The translations under genes were made by a program, and so were the position numbers. Below are positions 12,001 to 18,800 of a DNA stretch of 64,000 bases, one piece after another; position 1 is the stretch's first letter; each line of letters begins with the position of its first letter. The DNA comes from Candidatus Iainarchaeum sp. (GTDB lineage Archaea > Iainarchaeota > Iainarchaeia > JAGGVJ01): NCBI GenBank assembly GCA_021158055.1, contig JAGGVJ010000040.1:36474-100473 (forward strand), written 5' to 3'. Under the pieces are notes generated by a model. The model did not search any database and was not told where the DNA came from. It saw nothing but the letters and a program-made list of their open reading frames with translations.

Positions 12001-12268
12001 TTATTGAGTCAATGACTGTTACTTTGAACACTAAAGGCGACATTGCCCCTGCTGCAAGGAAAGCGACTGTTCCGAGAAGCACAGTCAAAAGAATAAGGAC
12101 AACCGGAAACGAGGGGACGTTTTTTGACTCCATTGCATCAACAACAGAGTACACAGGAACTCCCTTGCCGTCCAGAAAATCAAGCACAGAATAGTACTTG
12201 TCCTCCATGGATGCATAGAAATCTGAAAGCGATTCCTTTAAGTTACTTGCCACACTCAAATAAACCAA
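6029..12268 (-). CDS. Giant N-terminally anchored surface protein A (2079 aa) with tandem carboxypeptidase-regulatory-like/Ig-like beta-sandwich domains
   Basis: Single TM after a ~55-aa N-terminal domain; repeated V.D....PV.GA.V......T...G motifs; acidic beta-rich body; Cys-containing C-terminal domain. Exact start uncertain (12268 or a nearby TTG/GTG). Confidence 0.85.
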   Translation of the reverse strand: MVYLSVASNLKESLSDFYASMEDKYYSVLDFLDGKGVPVYSVVDAMESKNVPSFPVVLILLTVLLGTVAFLAAGAMSPLVFKVTVIDSITLDPVQGVFVSANFPETGLKDLGQTQEDGVFYIASPRLGEPLRINLEKEGYEQKSVKLVINTDGFEIGQNTYEAGTLAEISLAKETVSFEASFLIKNDDNEVLDGEVTILGVEDTGAKLNIKTTFYTDGAFSFSGFERGKRYVLEFSSDNHYSEEVSVDSESENKQFTVTLAKNLSAPDPKSSIVTLPVTVKNESGDLLAGITVTAKRYDSTKISEGTTYAGGTVSLREIPANVEIQVVATDPEGIYSTERTNYFEIESGQTVERKEITMEKAGDENQIIVEVKTEYFGGISGAAVTLLTGSEILLSETTASSGRVVLLEKAGTYNVSAYKSGYLPKLKKGVSSGSTVSIELEESTTQNSANLNVCVKKNFAAVHGASVTLWTGTDFLGMPLKKTETDGCVSFPDVPAGSAITAKAESLASSGQVSGVEVEAGKTTNVDILLSSKLEKIIVNVEKAKNGSALNSAEVSLFDVETNSEITKDTSGKEGAYELLAPQGMVVYVMVEEDNYLDFVSRPVLVVSGGATVNAKMHAESSDESIDFEGLFDQSGNQKYAVAVDETYRAVFNVIIPKNAEGDSVFMLSVGEGLGLEDSNWVVSGYSSKIDLEVLGGQEFETTSMLSSGGWKWISLSKAESSSGGPMVYQIEVWLAVKSDAEEEDKAVFGFRGNIDEKDIALREEEFLVVAQEELCGENVCFSALFREEDSEEYFPSGLFSTVTSTDFVVEFSAYSKNGSYLDGYKVKVSPDMAGSVRFKSYDIGGIAFEDESDLISTLLEDYQSDLLAGEIKAFSRVVSDGVGIEFEFSKDGAEDEGGVFTVYFDSTGDKLLDVDVSPSTMILEGRNQIKLIVTEAGSDTPVTGASVLLSNKTGVPLGEDVTYSKTGFDDEEGSGKDGEYIFPEQGEFFSLEEGTVNARVSAGRFRPAGVDINVSEEFDSDLKLTDSEGSDSIVEFGVVEKTETIEETLKLKNNGSNNITITVADIVSRNESDDFHLDFKNIILGREIENGSTLDFKMKAWVSVETASDPSFEGYVFVAGKSDSDNKLHITTLPFKVTAHGSSDCFRISYGSGDQEAEFLLDSGNRSKILQGIKIETVCSCNISSFSGQEFIVLSGDTVAGDFELNVLLRSKSSGGDIETAFSKWTDKSSALTDIELVAEIDKEKAITGNLAVSGQYVLTVDCSGEPVEATLPVSVSISPQSGQSYVKVLKQNTETSIESISFDNMCMQDKKTESIKFDLKNISEDAIDLYFKLLPGEDEEGSDKGLATATILEIVTGDDEEAEKEGVLEEFSEEHKLLIDEAKTFELEAEVSDDLTDDNGKWVLAIYIGESKETAPKQKVTVNVNRDDGCVYGSELCDKVSFELSDSLGGLFIDNKSDAEVTITKNPNFAGTDKDVIIESGKSDLLFVSFGESEEEFSIEYSMKREEESEAATECSHVFKKKYLNCSDLNSTLIFINSEEGLKAQNKGKQGVRFLESSTTSGTTNYGYDLSETFVGRGETKLLEGFSEPENKIADFRVNVIGTECTIEYDSLFATIFGEEALEDQPVEKTSGGNFKVKEDSRGFSEVAAMFNGNKIIVDDDGSEVSGFSAQDISKLFRECNTHYCDQTTFKLLNELYLFLFSSPLDGGNLKRANIHENEFKFAFTDEEYNGIMSLALGVFRDDRGESPFKLGGISPARLKLLSWDKEIFVVGSDISSPGPTSIKFEVSPKKMSCGVWKRIYTRDGENSYIVKVDRKEADSKSTYNCNFGVINLPKYFPLFFAPLSDGSGVQKGTYSLPFEEMFDVEYSNTAGIEGIEGLAGNLSPSRASGNSQFNLFARYVGENLDENRCEKEDDAYKSACLRVVNLINKYDGIFAIMSWNPSAPAGTGQKVSVVVKGSSEEVVENIQRKYLKILEGDVSIDGKQMSDIGKTNTVTPVKVVRRNKDDSLSPTSELIITGLIFSMGSDERPVCEDKDYGDERPPEICFINSGQGLELDACEDELDEIIVEFIRGFAK

Positions 12269-12403
12269 TCCTGATTTTTAATTTAATTCCACTGTCTCCA
12301 ATCAACAACCGGTTCAAACAACCACCAGTCATGATAAACATTGCGGTTAAACCTTTAAAATAATTACCTTATTAAAAACATTTAGCAAAAGCGGTAAAAA
12401 AAA

Positions 12404-12835
12404 TCAAAGAAAAAACGGGACTGCCGCTGCAAGCGCTGACACCGCAAGCAAAGCAAACGCTATTTTGACCGGCTTGTTCGTGTTTGACTTTCCCCGCAGG
12501 TCTGCGTGGAGTTCAAGTCCGAGGTACGCGCCTGCAAAAAGCGCGATGAAAACCGGAAAAAACGTTTGGGCTGCTGCCTGTGGGTTTTCCTGCATAAGTT
12601 TGCCGACTGCCTGTCCGAAAAAAAAACTCGGCACAAAAGAAAAATAGCCGAAAAAAAGCATCGCTGACACAAAAGGCGCAACAGTTCCAAGCAAAACTGC
12701 GACAAGCAACTGGTCTGAAGTGATATTCAGGGGCACTTCAAAAAGCACCCCTTGTTCAAGCGCAAACCCAGCCAGAAGCCCGGCTGCAAAAAACGCAAGG
12801 GCAACCACCAAAAAAACCTGTTTCGGTTTCATCAT
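12404..12835 (-). CDS. Small polytopic membrane protein (4-5 TM)
   Basis: 143 aa, almost entirely hydrophobic; lies between the two giant genes on the same strand. Confidence 0.75.
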   Translation of the reverse strand: MMKPKQVFLVVALAFFAAGLLAGFALEQGVLFEVPLNITSDQLLVAVLLGTVAPFVSAMLFFGYFSFVPSFFFGQAVGKLMQENPQAAAQTFFPVFIALFAGAYLGLELHADLRGKSNTNKPVKIAFALLAVSALAAAVPFFL

Positions 12836-12899
12836 TCAGACACTGTTCCTTTATTCAATTGCTTATCACATCTCTCAGATTTCTCAAATTTCTCAAGCA

Positions 12900-15800
12900 T
12901 TACACTTCTTCAAAAGTCACTATGCAGTTGTCGTGCTGTGCAATATACACGTCGAGTGCCCAGCATGCGCCTGCAATTGCTGCGCTTCCCAACGGGTTGA
13001 TTCTCTTTACTTTTTTTAATGACTCAAGTTTTTTCTCGGTTTCTTCAACACCTTTTGTCATTTCATTGCTTTTAGCCACAAACTCACTGTGTTTTTCCGT
13101 GTTTTTCAAAAGCGCGTCTGTTACGTCATCCCCTTCGTCGCTAAAGTTAACACCTTCGTCTGCAAGAGAACGTAAGTCAGTTTCCAGTTGCCCTTTACGG
13201 GCGGTCAACTCGTTTTGCGTTTCAAGCAGTTTTTCTTTACCCAGCGCTCCTCCCTCTATCTTTCCCTGCAACTTCCAAACATTTTCAAACTGCTCGTTTA
13301 CTTTTTTAAGATTTTCAACTCTTTCCGCTTCAAATTCACTGAACATTTTCTGGGTGTCTTTCACTTCTTTCAAAAGTTCCCTGCGCACAGTCAATTCTTT
13401 ATTTGACGCATCCATCGTTTTCACTATGTCACCGGACAGCTTGTTTAACTCGCCGGTTTCCTTTACAAGATTTGTTTTGCCCTGCTCTAACGTCTGAATG
13501 CCTTTTTTAAGATTACTGGTATCTATTTCAATTTTCTTGAAATCACTTAAAGATGTCAAAACATTATCAAGAGCAGAATCATAACCCATTGTCAGGTTAG
13601 AGAACGCGCTATTTCCCTTGATTTCACTTACTGCATCTGCCAGTTTGGCCGGGTCGTCCCCCTTATTCACCATGTCCCTGAAGTCTGTGATAAATTTTCG
13701 ATCCATATCATCTAATGTGTCCCCCGGAGCAGTCATAAATTCATCAATACCTTCCAAAAGCACTTGTTTATTCTGTTTAAAAAGATGGCCTGCATCGTCA
13801 AGACGGGGACTGAGATCATTTAACGCAGCCCTGTTTTGAGTTATGGTTTCCTCAATGCCTTTCACTTGCTCCATGTTCAGATTCATGGTGTCATTTGCAT
13901 TCTTGAAAGCCGATTCCAACCCCTTGACATCAAGTTCTGCCGGTTTTGTTTTGCTGAGATTATCCAACACATCCTTTAATGCCTTTTTTGAATCATCAAT
14001 TTCTTTATTGACGGTGTCCAGTGCATCCAAATGCGCTTTATAAACAAGATCATCACCCATCCCGGCCGTATCTATCTTCATGCCTGCCAGTATGGCGTCT
14101 CTTTCTTTAGTCAAACCAGCTACTTTGCCGTCTAATTTACTTATATCATCTTCTAACCTGGCTATTTCATCCAGAGTATCTGCATATTTACTCCATTTGC
14201 CTGCCGCGTTCTTGTATGATTCGGCTATTTCTTTCTTGATATTATAGTTGTCAAGATAATTCTTATTGCCCAAAACCAGCAACTTAAGCTGTTTTCCAGA
14301 CGAGTCAAGTGCATCCGGTTCAAGAACCTGTGAAGCTACTGCTCTTTGTATCTTGAACTGCCTGATTGCCGGATACAAACGTCTAAACGGCTGCGCAAGA
14401 GCCCCTTTTACTTTTTTTAACTTGCCGCTGCTTTCAACGACTTCTTCCCCGAGCTTCTTGTAAGAACAAATAGCTCCCGCAGCTGTGGGGCCGGCAGTAA
14501 TCCCTGCGGCTATCATCGGGGTGTAATAAGGTGAACGCGTCAAAGTGCTGATGTCAGTGAAGCCCTCCCCTGCTTCTTTGAACTTATTCTTATAGGCCAT
14601 GTGGTCAAAGCCAACCTTCAGTATTTCGTCAACAACCAAAAAGTCAACCAACTGGTCAGCTACGAAAAGCCCGGCACTGGCTCCCGCGCCTGCCGGGTTC
14701 CAGGACATCAATGCTGCCCCGCCCCTGGCCACTGCAACCCCTGTCACAATCGTGCAGGCTGAATTCATTGCAGGGCAAGTGTTGATTGTCGGGCTTTCCT
14801 TGATTTCAATGTTCATCCTCAGTTTGACACCGTCATCACCCTTCATAACCTTTTCATTTCCATCCTCAGTCGTCATCAATCCGCTCCACCTTATTTCCGG
14901 CCTGCAGCTGTGGCAGTCATCTGTCAACATACTCTCGCCCCAAAAGTCAGATGAAAACGTGCTTCCCCAAAATTTTTCATCAACATCTGCAACGCACGTG
15001 GCCCAAGCGGGCTCGTTTTCCTTGTCCCTCAGGTTATGTATTTTATCTCTGAAAACATCTTTTGTGAAATCTTCTCCCGTGTACTTGATTTTGTACCCGC
15101 CGTAGATTCCTGTGCCGGTGTCAAAAGAAATCAGCGCCGCAGTGCATTCACAGGCAATAAGACTTGCCAGCGCTTCAGCATCTTTCACAATCAAAGTCCG
15201 CCCGTCCTTGTCAACTTCCACCCTGCCCTCAAACTCAGGCAATATTATTTTCCAATTTCCATTGGCAAACACGCACTCGTTTCTGCCCGCGTCTTTTGCG
15301 TTCAAAGGAGCTTCAGTCAAACCCGTAATCACAAACGAATCAATCTTTGCCCTGTCGCCTTCACGTTTTGAAGTGGACTGCGACCCGAAATAACAACCGA
15401 TCGGTTTTGCTCCGGAAGCAATCTCAACAAAAGCACTCACTGCTGTTCCAATTGATTTGTTGAGATCTTCTGATGAGTCTCCAAGAGCATTCTTGTCAAT
15501 CACCAATTCAAAAATATTACTGCCGAACTTGGAAACATCGTGGTGAATCACACCGTAAGCTGGGTAGCCGATGTCCTTATTAAGAATATCAACCAATTCG
15601 CTTTCTTCTTTAGTCAAATTAGCCGAATCCCTAAAGAGCAACTTGACAACGTTTTTTCCGCCGACGACATCAAGAGATGTTTTTACCCTGCCATCTTTTT
15701 CAAGCAAATTATAATCCAGTTCAGTTCCGCTTAAACCCGAAGCGATTTCTTCAACTATTCCCTTAAAACTGTCTTCTTCGTTCTTAGGAATTACAAAAAC

Positions 15801-18800
15801 TGTGTTTTTCATTTCAGCTGCATCTTCCGAACTCAGGTTATCCCAAGGCAAAAGAGTGCTCATGTGAAGTGCGTTTCCTTCACAGGCAGCTGTTTCACCG
15901 ACATAGCTCGTTTCTACAAAGATACTGAACTGACTGCCTATTTCACCATCACGGGCAAAAAACACCGGCTTGAACTTTACTTTGTACCAACCGCATTTCC
16001 TAAGTAACTCTTCCGAGTCATAATCATTGTGTGAATCATAATCATTGTGTGAATCATAACCATAGTGTGAATCATAATCATAGTGTGAATCATAATCATA
16101 GTGTGAATCATAATCATAGTATATGTCTCCACCGGTGCTTATTCTACCTGAATTCACCATTTCTCTGTAATCACCGCTCACTATCTGCCCGTTAAAGTAA
16201 CGTGAAACAACATTGGTTTTTGCCCGTTTCAACGCTTCTAAAGTCACCCGGTCATCCATCAGGAACAAGTCAACCCCGTTTAATATCCAGTCATCCTGCG
16301 GAACAAGACCTGACTGAAGCAACTCTTCAAAAGTGCAGATGTTTCTTTTAGATGACCCGCACCCGATATCCCTGATTTTCTTGCCTTCAAATGCTGTCAG
16401 TATCTTATCCATGAACCGGTCTGCTTTTTCAATTACATATTCAGCGGCCTGCATCCCATCACAGTACCCGTCACTGCAGTCCCCGCTCAAACCTGCTTTT
16501 GTCGGAATCGAGACAGTTTTTGTTATCCCGATATCCGGGTCGCATGAGTGAACCAGATACTCTGTCGTGAAATCGGATGTCTTCAAATCAGAGCCTATTT
16601 CCACGTTTATCATTATAAGCTCGCTTAAAATTTCTGTATCTGAAGATGTTTCACCTGCAATGAAAACACCTTTCTGGAAGCTGTCACTCACTATAGCTGC
16701 TCTTTTGGACACTCTTTTCAACCTAAAGTCAAACTGCGCGGTTTCACCGTCAAAAAGAGACCTTTTTGAACCTTCTGAAAAGTCAATGTACAACCTGAAA
16801 TCGTTAAGAGGAATGAAATCGACAAACCTGGTTATCCTTTTGCCGCACTCGTTCTTGATAACAACTGAACTTTTTATTTCATCAAAGTAAGCAGTTGTTG
16901 AAACAAAATCAATTGACTCCGAACTGATTACCTTCAGGCAACCTTCTTCTTCGGGAACTATTTCCACAATCAAGCCCACTTCCCTTGAAACTGAAGTGAC
17001 TTTTCCCGGCTTGTTCTTATAATAGACATCTGCGTCGATAACAAGAGTCCCGGTCATTCTCCCTGCCTCTCCGCTGTAACCTGAAGCATCAACTTCAATT
17101 TCAAAATGAGTTGTGTCTTCCGGTTCAAGCTCATCTATTGTTGACGATGCTTCAGTCTCGCTCAAATAATTCACATAAATATTCGGGTTGATCTCCCAGT
17201 CTTCTGCTTTTTCACTTATCCTAATGTTTTTGAAAGTAACCGAACCGCGGTTTTTCAAGACAAGTTTTTCTGCATTGCCGTCCAGTATATCAAGCGATTC
17301 CCCCGCCTTGAGCTTTAGCTTTACCTTGTTCTCAACATCAAGGGCTGCTGCCTCGTCAAGGAACACCACTGCATAGTCAAGCTCTCCTGAAACGTCCTGC
17401 GAGCCGTTTTCCCCCCTGAAAACAAGGGTTCCGACAACATCATCATCTTCAGCGTTGTTCTCGCTGTCATCCAAAGTGTCTGCCTGGAAAGTCACAAGGA
17501 CAGTCGCCTTGTTCTCGCCTGAAAGCGAATCAGCTGAAAGCAATTCTATAACTGTACTTTCTTCTTCACCTGTCCCTTCAATCACCTGGTTTCCGTTGCA
17601 GTCAAGGACAAAAATTCCACCGTCAAGATCATTGCTGGAATAAGCGACAATGTTTGACAAATCAATCCCACAATTGTTTTTCAAAACGACTTCCATTGAA
17701 TTGAACGCAGTGTCAAGGTCTTCTGAGCCGACCACAAACTCTGTCTGCGACGGGGTCACTTCAAGGCATTCCGCAATTACCTGCGCGTCTATTTTCGGCG
17801 CGTACAAGAGTTTTATCCTTCCCTGCGCTGTCACATACTCGTTGTCTTTCACTGCAAATATCTTGATTGTGGCCTCGGCTGACGCGGAATCCGTCGAGTC
17901 AGGGAAATAACCTGAAGTGAACGTGAGGTAAGTTGTCTCGCCAGGCCCGAGCAATCTTGTGATTGATGCGTCGTCGAGCTCCAAGCTGAAATCATCATCC
18001 GGAAAGCCCTCGTCGCGTTCAACTACAACCTGCAGGTCAGTGAGTTTTTTGCTTGAGCTATTTTTTATGGCAAGCTGTTTTGTCGCGGTTTTTATATTAA
18101 GGGGAATCTCAATCACAAACGGGTCTTCGTCAATTGCGATCGCCGCTTCTTTTCCGACACGCACAAGAATTGTCTCTTCGGCAAAGTGATCTGCTGAAAC
18201 ATTTACTGCAATGACTCCCGAGGCAGGCTCAATTGTGGTTGCGTAGACGCCGTTTCTTCCGCGGTTTCTCTTGTCTTTTCCTGTAATTGTTATTGTTTTG
18301 TTTCCAAGCGGTTTCCCGATGTTGTTGACCAGTTTTATCGTGGCGTCGGTAACTGCTTCAAAATCTCCCGCGCGAAGCACTGTTATCATAAACTGGGTTT
18401 TTTCACCTGCAACAGCCATTTCCGGCTCAACGAAAACACTGAGCCCCAGTCCCGCAACAACTTTAAGGAACAGCTCTTTTTCAATCAGCACTTCACCTGA
18501 CCTTTTCACAATTATTTTTACTGAAGCCGAGTTGTTTTCAGCTGTCGGGACAAACACTGCCTCAAGGCCTGTTCCCCTGTTTTTCCCAAGGCTTTCAAGG
18601 TTGACTGCAAGCGCGTGCGCTTCGTCATCAAGCTGTGTCTGGGTTCCAAGGTAATGGTATGACACAAAGTCAAGCGATGCGTCAGAATTTAAAATTTCCA
18701 CCTGCAAATCTTCAAGGTCTTGTTTTGCCTGCACTTCGATTCCAAGCGAGTAGACCGCGCTCAAGTACGCCTCACTTGCAGTCAGGTCCTTGATTTCTTC

